Shown here piece after piece: positions 1 to 12,031 of a stretch of 64,000 bases of DNA (positions are counted from its first letter, which is position 1; every line of letters starts with the position of its first letter). The notes under the pieces were generated by a model. That model worked only from the letters and a program-made list of their open reading frames with translations. It did no database searches and was not told where the DNA came from. The translations under genes and the position numbers were made by a program. Origin of the DNA: Entomortierella parvispora E1425 (Eukaryota; Fungi; Mortierellomycota); NCBI GenBank assembly GCA_020891255.1, contig BQFW01000010.1, positions 124,001 through 188,000 of the forward strand, in the 5' to 3' direction.

Positions 1-27
1 CTTTTTTTTTTTCCTTTCGGAATATAG

Positions 28-489
<462 letters not shown>

Positions 490-1572
490 ACAAAGAAAGG
501 ACGAATCAGAGATAGCTCCAGGAGAAATGAACAGACTGGTGACTATCTGCACACATCATTATTAAAACAAAAAAGTAAAAAGTCCAATGTGCAATGGTGT
601 TCTCGTTCATTGTATGGTCCAATGGTGACCAACGTTTGCATGTAGCGTTATCCGTTTCGCTCCATGTGCGACATGGGACGGGTTGGAAACAAGGCGCGTT
701 TGAGCAAAACTAGACAGGCAGTCTGTCCGTTAAGCCGTTAAGCAGTAAAATGCCAAAAAAAAAAAAAAAAAATGCATTCGGGCAAAAGGCAAGTCGCCGA
801 TCGCGAAACAACCACATAGCCAAATCTGTTAAGATCACTCAAGGGTCACGGACCTGCAACTCTGCTGGCTGTGGCAAAGATGCATTGGCTGTGCGAATGC
901 CTGGTGTGCGACATAACAAAAACGCGAACGAGAGCCAGAGAGAAGAAAAAGGAAATAATCGGCGGCGTGCCGCCAGCATACCAATCAACGCCAGGCATGA
1001 AGCAAAGCTCCTTTTCAAGAAGGCGGTGACCGAGTGGGATGGAAGGAGAAGATGCAGTTACATGATCCCGTCCCCCTCGCTCGGTCTTTCGCCGCGTCTG
1101 TTACCGTGCACTCTGCTTGCATTGCCTTTGCTTTTCAAACAAGAATCGAAGAAACGACCGGGTAACTGCTTTTTTTGTTGTCTGCTGCTGTTGGTGTCGG
1201 GCGGCCTGTTTCGTGTTCTGTTATTGTCCTTGGCAGTGCTTCTCCTCGCCAACCATTGGTGCCAAAGTTTTTTCGCCATTTTTTTTTCTATTTTCCTTCA
1301 TCTTCTTTCCCCTCTTGTTCTTGTTCTTGTTCTTCTTTGTTCCTCTTATATCCACCCATTGCCTTCGCGAAAAACGCACCCATCGCTCTTTGAAAGTTGT
1401 CCCCTTCCACGCAGCCTATATTCTGCTTGTCATCTCCCTTTTGCACTTCTTCATCCTCCTTGTTCCCCCTTATACCGATCAATTTGTTAGCTCAGGAACA
1501 GACTTTTTTTATATTCTCTCTCACCCTCCTATATACCCACAACCACCGCCATCACGACCATCGACCGCCACC

Positions 1573-4500
1573 ATGTCTTTCCATGTCCCTGGCGAGGAAC
1601 TCGACTTTACCATCTACGGAGGAGCCAACACCAGTCAACTGCAGCTGTCTCCTGTTCAACTGTCCAAGCTGTACAAGCAACAACGCGTCAAGGACGAACA
1701 AGAAGGACCGGATCTGACAGGATACCAAACTGGCATCTTTGATAGGGACCTCGTTGGTAACATCGCACGCGCCTTGTATTAATGGTGTTGTTGTTTGGTC
1801 CAAAAAAAACAACAAAAAAACCAGGCTCTCTTTCCCTTTCTGACACACATCCCTTCATCCTCCCTTTCATTTTTGCACTGATGTTCTTCTTTCGTCTAGG
1901 TGGCCGAGCTTCCCGAGAGAGAAAGAAGAAACGATCCTCGATTGCCTTTGTAGACCAACAACCCCCTTCGAGAGCATCGTCTCAGCAACGACAGCACCAG
2001 GGCCCACCACAGCAGCAACAGAAGCAGAGGCTGCAACAACCCACGCCCTCGTTCATTCTCTCACCAGTAACAGATCAAGATGACGCTGTTGGTGGCACTC
2101 TCAATTCCTCCCCTTCTCCACATCGTCATCCCAACCAGTGCGTATCATCGCCTTCTTCGACCACATTTCCCGCTAATGGCCGTGAGGGAATAAACGATTC
2201 AAGCAAGCACCAACCGAAGCTGCACAACAACAACAACATCGTCAACAATGGCAACTTCAGGGAGAGACAAGAGGAGGTGATTAATGATCTAGGGGTCCTC
2301 GAGGCATTACCTATCCCGACGCTAAGGCCCTCTCTGGCCCGATCCTCCACCATCATCAGCACAGCAAGTTCCTCCGGTCGGCCAAGACTTACCCATCGAC
2401 TATCGTACTTGACCCATCTGGAGGACTTGGAGTCTGAAGAAAAGGAGAATGAAGAGGAGACCACGACGACAACAACAACGACAGCATCATTGTCAGACAA
2501 AGTCGAGCCATCCCCGGTTCATGCAGGGAAGAGCACACCATCGACACCTGCTCCACCCGCGACAGCACCTCCTGCAGTGACGCGTGTTCCCCCCCACGAG
2601 CAAGAGACTGCATCCTCCCGTCGTACAACTTCATCACGACAGCCCCCATCCTCCCATCCCTCAAAGCAGGCCAGTGCTCGCGCTCACGCTAGCGTTGCGC
2701 TGCCCCCTATTGTACCTCCCTCACCGCAAGTAGCTGCACCTCAAATCCCAAAGCTATACAAACGGCTGTTAAGAGTGTTTAGGCCACCATCAGATTCTTC
2801 AGATTCAGACACGGGAGATGTTGGTTCCAGTGCGCTTGAAGGACGAGGTCCAAAACATTGTCGCCATCATCATCATCATCACAAGCAGCACTCTCCTGTT
2901 CACGACGCTACAGCTCAGGTGCGCGGGCCATTTGGCCTTGCTTCCAGTCCCGAGGAGAGTAGCCGTAGCAGCCCAACCAAACACACTCCTGCAGAAAGAC
3001 CTGTCATGTTGCCAGCCCAAGCGTCCACACCTGCACAAAAATCCCCCCCAGAATCCATGGGATTCCGAGCCCGGTTCTTGCGCAAACTGATGTCGTCCCC
3101 TAATCTGAATACTGTCGCGCTTCAGGCACCTACTGCAATTACTCCCCTCTCTACTCGGGCTAACGCCCTGAACAAGATCAACACCCCCGAGAAGAAAGCC
3201 ACGGTTAAAGAGGCACCCCTTTCACCTCTGCTTTCTGACTTTGAGCATGACCTGGCTTGTCCTGCGGGACAAAGGATCAAAGATCGACAGATGAACGCAC
3301 CCTCCCGTGCCTCCACATTGCCTCGTGGCCCTCCCGTCATGCCGACCTTGCAGTCCAAGTATGGCGTCCCCGGTCGAGAACTAGGCGCGGGAACACAGGC
3401 CCAGGTGATGTTGTTGCGTGTGAGATCGACCAAGCGACTGAGGAACTCGTACCCTCTCTGGCAAAGGAACAAGAAAGTGGTCATGCCTACGTCTTCCCAA
3501 CCTTCTCGTTCCACCACACCGACAGCTTCTCCCTTGACATCCGGGACGATTGTGATTCAAGATCGACCTAGCCCCCGAGCGGGCACACCCGTGGACCCGT
3601 CTTCATTGTTGACGCCGCGCTCGAGGACTGGCACGTTGATGACAACGACAGAGGACGAGGTGACCCCAGAGCAAAGAGAGGCCTACCGGAAACGACTTCT
3701 TCGAAGGACCAGCACAGCTGGTGTGTCCATGAACCCAAGCGGTGGCTTGATTTACGCCATCAAAAAGTTCCGCCCTCCAAAGGCTTCCGAGACTCATCGA
3801 CAGTACCTGAAGAAGGTCTGTGCCGAATTTTGCATCTCGACCTCAATGGACCACGAGAACATCATCCGGACCATCGACCTCGTTCGAGATCAGCCAGGCC
3901 AGGAGCTCTTGGACGAGGACAACTTTGACAGCCCCTATTATTCAGATGCAAGAGGTCCGCACAGGGCATCAAGCAAGTCCTCTCGGTCGGCAGCGAGGGA
4001 AGAAGGAGGCGGTAGAAGACACGATGACGCAGGCGGCTGCAGCTGTCCACGGGCTAACCAACGGGGTCGGACGCCAAGGAGCAACAATGGCGACCCAGCT
4101 TTGCCCATGAGATCCAACAGCGGTGCCAACACCTCTCATCATAGCGAGTCTTCTGGTGCTGGATCATCATCGCTCTCATCCAAACTCCATCGGCCCATCC
4201 AGAGAAAGTCTGTCATCTCCAAGCCTCAGCGCAAGCGCTCGGTCGACACGGCCTCCAACCGAGGCTCAGACAGCACACTGACCCCTCAGAACACCAACGC
4301 TCGCGTCATGGGATACTTTAATCACCACCAGCATTCTTCGCCCAACGGACGCGCTCATGTCGGCACAGAGCCCAGCGCGCAGGCCATTGCAGCCGCCAAG
4401 AAGAAGAGGCAACAACAGGAACAGGAGCTTCGACAAAAGGAGGTCCAGCGACTGAAGGCACAGCGTCAACGCGAAAAACTGCAGGCCAAGATGCAACGGT

Positions 4501-5809
4501 TGGATCAGTTCCCGGAATACTGCATGGTCATGGAGTATGCGGCAGGTGGAGATTTGTTCAATCTGTTGACAACGGCCCATCCTCCCATCACATTGAACGA
4601 GAAACAGTGTCTGTGGAGACAGCTTGTGAATGGAGTCCAGTACATGCACAGCATGGGGGTTGCAGTAAGTTTGTAGTTTGTTTGAAGTCTGCAAAAAAAA
4701 AAAAAAAAAAAAAAGGCAAAAGTAGGAACTTGTCCTGATCGACTCATTATTTTCGAACCTTTGCTCATAGCACCGCGACCTCAAGCCAGAGAACATCCTG
4801 ATCGATGCTTCTGGGAGAATCTTGAAGATCACCGACTTTGGAATTGCCAACGTTTTCAAGTCTGTAGGCGATCCCACGCCTTTGCCTTGCAAGGGTATCA
4901 TTGGCAGTGGTAGGTTCTCTGCTCGCTTTTTTTTTTTTTTTTTTTTTTTTTTGGTACTCACGCATGTGTTCAATGTTAGAACCCTACATTGCTCCCGAAG
5001 AATTTTACCAAGAAGAGTACGACCCACGCGCGGTCGATGTTTGGGCCTGCGGCATCATTTTTTATGTCTTGTTTTATTCCGCCATGCCCTGGGCTCGCGC
5101 AGACCGCAAGAAGGACGCGCGATACGCTCGCTACATCGCCGATATCACCAATCACCGCTACAGTGAGGCTCAGCGCCGCATCCAGTTTGAGCGTCGCCAT
5201 CTCTATGGAAGCAAAGCCAACTCCTCCTCCTCTTCATCGGGAGGTGGTCGATCGGATAACCTCAACAAGCCTCATGAGGTGAACCATCATCGCCAGTATC
5301 CGCCTTACAAGCCCAGCGAGATCCATATCCCCAAGCACAATGGTCACAACCAGGTTGTCGCGTCTTCGACCGCTACTTCTTCCTCCAACAGTGGATCCCC
5401 CACCAGTCCCTGGAGTCAAGATGAGACAATGACACCTCATACCTCTGCCGAGAGTTCGCCCGTATCCCCCCTCAAGCCAGCGACAGGCACTGCGCTGGAC
5501 TGGTCCTCTGTGACCCTCCCTGCGTCTGCGGTCCCTATAGCCAACCCACCTGTGATCTACAACACGTTCGCGTACAATGGTCATCTCGGTGGCCACGAGT
5601 TCATTGACCGGATCGAGGCGCCAGGCTGCCGACGGGTCTTGTACGCGATTATGGAACCAGATCCAAAGAAACGACTCACGATTGAGCAAGTCCTGGCGGA
5701 TGAGTGGGTGAGCAAGATTCGATTTTGCTCGGATGAGATGGAAAAGCCAACATTGCAGCAGCAACGAGAGCACCATCGACACTTTCAGCCAAAACCTGTT
5801 CGAAATTGA
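1573..5809 (+). CDS. Ser/Thr protein kinase, HAL4/SAT4/HRK1 (Npr/Hal)-like, 4 exons
   Basis: Exons 1573-1756, 1900-4664, 4771-4909 and 4980-5809, with phase-consistent GT..AG introns. Motifs: ELGAGTQAQV, YAIKKF, AEFCISTSMDHENIIRT, VMEYAAGGDLF, HRDLKPENIL, KITDFG, GSEPYIAPE, DVWACG. Confidence 0.9.
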
Positions 5810-6774
5810 TGACAAATGAACGACAAATAGTCTAAAAAACGTAACAAAGCTTTGTTTCGTCAATGACCGATAAGAAAGAGAAGCAGAGGGATGGGAGGAA
5901 ACAGATTGTTTGAGTAAGATGGGTAATTGGATCGCAGGCGGGTCGCAATTCAGGAGTGGGTGCCTTCATGGCTATGCAGTGAATGGCTTGAAAGTTTCTC
6001 CCTTTCAGAATGCTGCTGGAGACATGCGTCTGGATAATATACGAAAAATAACTACACAGCCCAAATGCACCTTACTCCTCGCCCTTTTCCTTCTTTCTAC
6101 TGTTTCCCAGTCCTTGAGCTCCCTAGTTCTCTCTCTCACCCTTGCTCCCCTTACCCCTGATCTCCCCAGTTTCAATGCTTATGTTTGCCGATCTTTCTGG
6201 GATCTCCATGGCCTTTTACCTCTCCCCTTCATCTGTCCCTTTCATCTCTTTCTCTTCCATTGGTTCCTTTCGGCTTTTTCCCTTTCATTAGTCTCTTTTT
6301 CCTCTCTCCCTTAAATCTGTCCCTTTCGGCTTCCTCTCTTTCATCACTCTCTTATACCTCTCTCCCCTGGTCTTGTCCCCATTTCTGTTTCTCTCGGCTT
6401 GCTCCTTCCATCTCTTGAGCGCCCTGCAGTCTTTGAACTGGGGTCATATCCAATTGTTGTCTGGCAGTAACTTAATGCCCCTGGTTCTTTTCAGCCGTCG
6501 TCACCTTTAAAAGGCAGGCCATTCCGTTCGACAAAAAAAAGACATTCCAAAAGAGCACACTTTCTGCGACGCACCAATAACCCCTCACATCAAAGAACAT
6601 CCAAGTCATTCTCTCAAAGAAAGCTGTAAGATCCCTCTCTGCACCTTCCTGGGTTTGATAAATACCTTGCAAACCGCCGAGAAAAACATTTTCCCAAGAG
6701 GGGCTGCCTATATGAACTGACATTTTTTTTTTTATCATCTCAACTGCCTCGTTCATCCACCCTGGAAAACAGCC

Positions 6775-7026
6775 ATGCATCAAAACAAGAGCACGATTCT
6801 TTTTATTATCGCCTCTTTGCTTTTTATGGCTCTGGCTGTACACGCACAGACAAGGACCAAATGTCAAAAACAGGCACGAGCTGCGATGCAGGGCGAATTT
6901 AAACCGAGGTGTGATTCGAATGGCGATTTCGCCAAGGTCCAGTGCGACAAGGAGGGGCGCTGGTGTGCCGATAAACAGGGCCGAGTGCTCACCAAGCCTG
7001 TCAAGGGAACTCCCACATGTGCATAG
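6775..7026 (+). CDS. Small secreted thyroglobulin type-1 (thyropin-like) protein A, 83 aa, 5 Cys
   Basis: Signal peptide ending ..LAVHA, then TKC..FKPRCDSNGDFAKVQC..GRWCADKQG..GTPTC. This matches the Tg1 pattern PxCxxxGxF/YxxxQC..(C)WCxxxxG..C. Confidence 0.8.
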   Translation: MHQNKSTILFIIASLLFMALAVHAQTRTKCQKQARAAMQGEFKPRCDSNGDFAKVQCDKEGRWCADKQGRVLTKPVKGTPTCA

Positions 7027-7558
7027 AGGGATTATCCTTGTTCGTCTCTCTTTTTTTGCACTGCTTTTTTTTTGAGACGAGATCTGAATTCTACTTCACT
7101 GGTTGTGTAAATAAACCAGAAAAAAAGTCAGGACCCAGCATCTTTTGGAAAGGGTCGTGTAAAGCTATTCCTTGATTCTTTCCATAGTATCTTTTCTTGC
7201 ACGTACCCTCTTCCTCCACTTGTCTACTAGTGCTATTCTCTTACATCGTTCTCTGCTCTAGGAAGGGATCGATCAATATTTTTTCTTCCTGGACCAATTC
7301 CTTGAGGCGGAAAAAGGTCGTGAAGAGAATCCAGAGACTTCAAGGCGTAGCGTGAGAAAACAATGTCACTAACGGCAGTGGCTTCCCTGGTGGACCAGAT
7401 GGGATAGACAGGAAAGGTGGAATATTAATTCAGGCTGCGTGCGATCAAGGCAGCCGATCTCTGGGGGAAAAAAATCACCAGAACCACGGTTCCAAAAATG
7501 CTACGATTTTGGTTGTATCGACTTCGGAAAAAAACGAGAATCGAGGCACCACAGGGTG

Positions 7559-7800
7559 GTCGACAATGACACCCCATGGCTATGCCGAGAGTTCGCCCGT
7601 ATCGTTCCTCAAGCCAACGATAGGCACTCCTTTGGATTGGTCCTCTGTGACCCTCCCCGCTTCTGCGGTCCCTATAGCCAACCCACATGTGATCTACAGC
7701 ACATTCGCGTACAATGGTCATCTAGATCTAGGCTGTCAGGAGTTCATAACTCGCACCGAGACCCCGGATTACCGACAATTGCTGCACACACGATTATGGA
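7559..7800 (+). pseudogene. Old, diverged fragment of the kinase last exon
   Basis: MTPHGYAESSPVSFLKPTIGTPLDWSSVTLPASAVPIANPHVIYSTFAYNGHL..EFITRTETPDYRQ aligns with kinase 5426-5665, with many substitutions and a frameshift. There is no upstream kinase sequence. Confidence 0.85.
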
Positions 7801-8482
7801 AGGCGATCGGACGAAAGGGTGTGTTTGAGAGAAAAAAAAAAGAAAGAGTGACTAATGAGCGACGCGGGTGCCCCTTCATTATTTTTCAGCTTCCTATGAC
7901 TTGAATGGGTATGACTTCTGAAGTCGGCCAGGTCACCAGGGTCGTCATACAACCCATGATTTCACCGTCCTTGCCCCTGACCTGATCTCACCGTTCTTGC
8001 CCCCTGACCCCACTGCCTTTTTTCTTTCTTTTAGCATGTCTGTCCCCGATCTCTCTGTCTCTTTTCTCGCTTCGTCTCTGCCCTTGCTCTCAGTCCCTGC
8101 TCTGGCACTCCTGTTGAAAAATCCCAGTATTTGGGAGTCACTCCTCGTTTTCCATTCCTTGCGCGTGTCGTGTTCCCATCCCCTATTTTTTTTTTTTTAC
8201 TTAAAAAGCGAACTCACATCTGATTCTGTCAACTCTTATAATAAACTTTCAACGGCATTCTCAACAACTCTTTTATCAGCACCCAACACCCTCACCCAAG
8301 AACCGCCTCCTACAAGAACCATCCAAGCAGCCTCTCAATAATCGTAATGGCAGACACATCCCCTTTGAAACACAATAGGCACTCTACAAACATCCACACC
8401 TGCCAGCCTCGATCTTGTGAACGCAATTGAGCTAACGCCTGGACTACGACGCTTTCCTTCATGTTTTAATTCGTTTTAGAGT

Positions 8483-8773
8483 ATGATGCTTCAAAACAAG
8501 AACACGACTGGGTTCATTGCAGCTCTCCTCCTTGGCTTTGCCTTGGTTGCGAACGCCGCCACACAATGTCAACTCAAAAGATCATTGACGATAAACTCTT
8601 CCCGCGGTTTTGTATACGAATGTACCGCCAACGGCGAGTATGCCCATGTCCAGTGTGGTCAAATTAGTTATACGGGCCCGTACCTTTGCTGGTGCTCCAC
8701 TCGCGATGGTGTTAAGCAGACCCCAGTCATCCAGGACGTCACCACCCTTGATTGCTCGCAGTACCCTTACTAG
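8483..8773 (+). CDS. Small secreted thyroglobulin type-1 protein B, 96 aa, 6 Cys
   Basis: Signal peptide ending ..ALVANA, then QC..YECTANGEYAHVQCGQ..LCWCSTRDG..LDC, containing the QC and CWC signature with six Cys. Confidence 0.85.
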   Translation: MMLQNKNTTGFIAALLLGFALVANAATQCQLKRSLTINSSRGFVYECTANGEYAHVQCGQISYTGPYLCWCSTRDGVKQTPVIQDVTTLDCSQYPY

Positions 8774-9451
8774 TATCCTGCGCAATAAAGACCTTGGACG
8801 TCTCGAATTCCTAGAAAGTCGTTCTCACCACTGTTCTGATTAACAATCCGTCAAAAATACACGATGGCATGTTCATTATCACCAATTATTGCCAGAGTGC
8901 TCCTCGATGCCGTAGCTATTTTCCTTCATTCATCTTTTTGATCTTTTTTTTTTCTTGCTCGGAGAATGGCCGATCCGATAATCCCAATAAGGCTCATGAC
9001 GGGCTGCCAGTCCTGGCTTTGTAGCTTGTTTTGGAGGGGTCGCTTCGGCTTTGACTGGCTGCTCTTGGACTCATCTTCTTTATTCTTGTTTCTTCCCTTT
9101 GCTCTTCTTGCCTAACTTGCGTCAGGGAGGAGCTAATCAATTTTGCAAGTGGTCCCTTCTCTCATCTTTTCTCTCTCCGTTTTTGACGCCTTCGTTTTTT
9201 GGGAGCATTCCCCACACTTATAGGCAGGCGCCTCCTAGCGCTGTCTGCAATACTTAGAACAATACCCGCCACAGAAACACACTGACAGCAACACCTCGAT
9301 AACACTCCCAGGCTCGCTGCGGCCATAAGAACCAACAGAAAAAACATCCCCAAGAAAGCTGTAAGAAGTCGCCTCATTCAAAAAATACCGGTCTTGCTTT
9401 TGCAATGGCTGACCCTGGTTTCCCTCCCATCCATTTACCGTCAAAGTAACA

Positions 9452-9677
9452 AAGCGCCAAAACAAGAGACAGGAGTATCGTTTTTTTCCGTTGCGGCCAC
9501 CGTGCTGAACACGGTGTTGGTTGCAAATGCCCGGCAGTTCAGCCGAGATGCAATCGCGATGGCCCCTACGCTCCAATCCAGTGCCGTGATAACAAGGACG
9601 GCATTCAGTTTTGCTGGTGTGCCGACAGTGATGGAAACCAGTGCAACAGGGCCCAACAAGGCACCCCTAATTGTTAG
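9452..9677 (+). pseudogene. Thyroglobulin type-1 pseudogene (A-type)
   Basis: The position of the start codon reads AAG (AAG CGC CAA AAC AAG versus ATG CAT CAA AAC AAG in copy A). A signal remnant ..VLVANA lies in one frame and QPRCNRDGPYAPIQCRDNKDGIQFCWCADSDGNQCNRAQQGTPNC* in another. The Cys1 helix is missing. Confidence 0.8.
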
Positions 9678-9799
9678 TTGCGGGGTCTTCCTTCAAATGA
9701 TTGAATTCTATAATTTCTATTCGACCTGATTATCAGGAATAACCTGATTATCCGGAATAAATTAATCCTGATTTTCCGTTAATAAATCAAAGATCCCTG

Positions 9800-10520
9800 C
9801 TTTTTTTTTTGGTACTTACGCATGTGTACAATGTTAGCCTACATTGCTCCCGAAGAATTTTACCAAGAAGAGTACGACCCACACGCAGTCGATGTTTGGG
9901 CCTGCGGCATCATTTTTTATGTCATGTTTTATTCTGCCATGCCCTGGGCACGCGCAGACCGCAAGAAGGACGCCCGATACGCTCGCTACATCGCTGATAT
10001 TACCAATCACCGCTACAGTGAGGCTCAGCGCCGCATCCAGTTTGAGCGTCGCCATCTCTATGGAAGCAAAGCCAACTCCTCCTCCTCTTCATCGGGAGGT
10101 GGTCGATCGGATAACCTCAACAAGCCTCATGAGGTGAACCATCATCGCCAGTATCCGCCTTACAAGCCCAGCGAGATCCATATCCCCAAGCACAATGGTC
10201 ACAACCAGGTTGTCGTGTCTTCGACCGCTACTTCTTCCTCCAACAGTGGATCCCCCACCAGTCCCTGGAGTCAAGATGAGACAATGACACCTCATACCTC
10301 TGCCGAGAGTTCGCCCGTATCCCCCCTCAAGCCAGCGACAGGCACTGCGCTGGACTGGTCCTCTGTGACCCTCCCTGCGTCTGCGGTCCCTATAGCCAAC
10401 CCACCTGTGATCTACAACACGTTCGCATACAATGGTCGTCTAGATCTAGGCTGTTGGAGTTCATGAGTCGCTCCGAGACACCGGATTACCGACAGTCGCT
10501 GCACACGATTATGGAAGATG
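9800..10520 (+). pseudogene. Orphan copy of kinase intron-3 3' end plus last exon
   Basis: 9800-10436 is nearly identical to about 4945-5580, including the poly-T tract, acceptor, and PYIAPE..DVWACG..FAYNG. After about 10437 it switches to the diverged version seen at 7717-7800. Confidence 0.92.
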
Positions 10521-11174
10521 ATCGGACGAAAGGGTGTATTTGAGAAAAAAGAAAAAAAAAGGAAAAAGTTGGCTAATGAGCGAGCGCGGGTGCCCTCTCA
10601 TTTTTTTCAGCTTCCTACGACTTAAATGGTTATGACTTCTAGAGTAGGCTGGGTTACCAGGCTCGTCAGATAACCATGATCTGATCCAGCGTTCTTGCCC
10701 CCTGACCCCGTTGCCCTGTTTCTCTCTTTTAGAGTGTCTGTCCCCGATCTCTCCGTCTCTTTTCTCGCTTCGTCTCTGCCCTTGCTCTCAGTCCCTGCTC
10801 TGGCACTCCTGTTGAAAAATGTTCCAGTATTTGGGAGTCACCCCTCTTTTTCCATCCCTTGCGTGTGGTATGTTCCCATCCTCCATTTTTTTTTTACTTA
10901 AAAGCGAACACACATCTGATTCTGTCAACTCTTATAGTCTAATAAACTTTCTCAACAACTCTTTTATCGGCACCCAACACCATCGCTCAAGAACCGCCTC
11001 CTACAAGTACCATCCAAGCAGCCTCTCAATAATCGTAATGGCAGACACATCTCCTTTGAAGCTACAACAGGCACTCTGCAAACATCCACACCTGCCAGCC
11101 TCGATCCTGTGAATGCAATTGAGCTTACGCCTAGACTACGACGCTTTCCTTCATGTTTTAATTCGTTCTAGAGT

Positions 11175-11474
11175 ATGATGCTTCAAAACAAGAACACAGT
11201 TGGGTTCATGGCAGCTCTCCTCCTTGGCTTGGCCTTGGTTGCGAACGCCGCACCAAAATTAACAAAATGTCAAGCCTCAAGAGGTATCGCGCAAGGCACT
11301 GGCTATGGTTTTGAATACGAATGTACTGCCAATGGCGAGTATGCCCATGTCCAGTGTGGTCAAATTAATGGGGAGGGCCCGAACGTTTGCTGGTGCTCCA
11401 CTCGCGCTGGTAAACAGCAGGGCCCAGACGTCGAGGGCGTCACCACCCTTGATTGCTCGAAGTACCCTTACTAG
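11175..11474 (+). CDS. Small secreted thyroglobulin type-1 protein B', 99 aa, 6 Cys
   Basis: Paralog of 8483-8773: signal peptide, then TKC..YECTANGEYAHVQCGQ..VCWCSTRAG..LDCSKYPY. Confidence 0.85.
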   Translation: MMLQNKNTVGFMAALLLGLALVANAAPKLTKCQASRGIAQGTGYGFEYECTANGEYAHVQCGQINGEGPNVCWCSTRAGKQQGPDVEGVTTLDCSKYPY

Positions 11475-11890
11475 TATCCCGCGCAATAAAGACTTTGGAC
11501 GCCTCGAATTCCTAGAGAGTCGTTCTCACCCACTGTCCTGATCAACAATCCGTCAAAAATACATGATGGCATGTTCGTGGGCGCTTTTTTTTTCTGTGCT
11601 CTTCTGTCTCTCTCTCCGTTTCTACTGTTGCCCGACATTCTCTTTTCTCTGTCTGTCCCTTTCCACAGACTTTCTCTTTCTGGGTCCCTTTCTCCGTTTT
11701 CTTTGAGGAACATACACATTTAAAAGCAGACACATCCCAACGCTGTCAGCAATACTCAGAATAACACCTGCCCCCAAAAAACACTTGCAGTAACACCTCG
11801 ATAACCCTCCCAGGCCCGCTGCCGCCACAAGAACCAACAGAAAGAACGTCCCCAAGAAAGCTGTAAGGAGTTGCCTCATTCAAAAATACC

Positions 11891-12031
11891 GGCGGCGCTT
11901 ACGCCCAAGTCCAGTGCCGCCTTGATAACAAGGGCGGCATTGAGTTCTGATGGTGTTCTGACAGTGATCGCAACCCGCTTACCAGGTCCCAAAAGGGTAC
12001 CCCCAGTTGTCCGCGGCGATTCCTACCATGA
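11891..12031 (+). pseudogene. Thyroglobulin type-1 pseudogene remnant (A-type)
   Basis: Reads GGAYAQVQCRLDNKGGIEF*WCSDSDRNPLTRSQKGTPSC, with TGA at 11948-11950 replacing the first Cys of CWC. About 165 bp, including the signal peptide, is deleted relative to the 9452-9677 copy. Confidence 0.8.

Noticed and set aside
750-1490. Overlapping 200+ aa ORFs upstream of the kinase
   Set aside because: They are translations of pyrimidine-rich promoter/UTR sequence (Phe/Leu/Ser-rich) with no motifs. Only the segment from ATG 1573 fits a splice model.
9394-9729. 111-aa ORF as an intact gene
   Set aside because: It reads through the thyropin pseudogene mostly in the wrong frame; the Tg1 cysteines lie in another frame.
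9725-9770. Short direct repeat and hairpin CCTGATTATCAGG as a transposon end
   Set aside because: No matching partner terminus, TSD or transposase is nearby.
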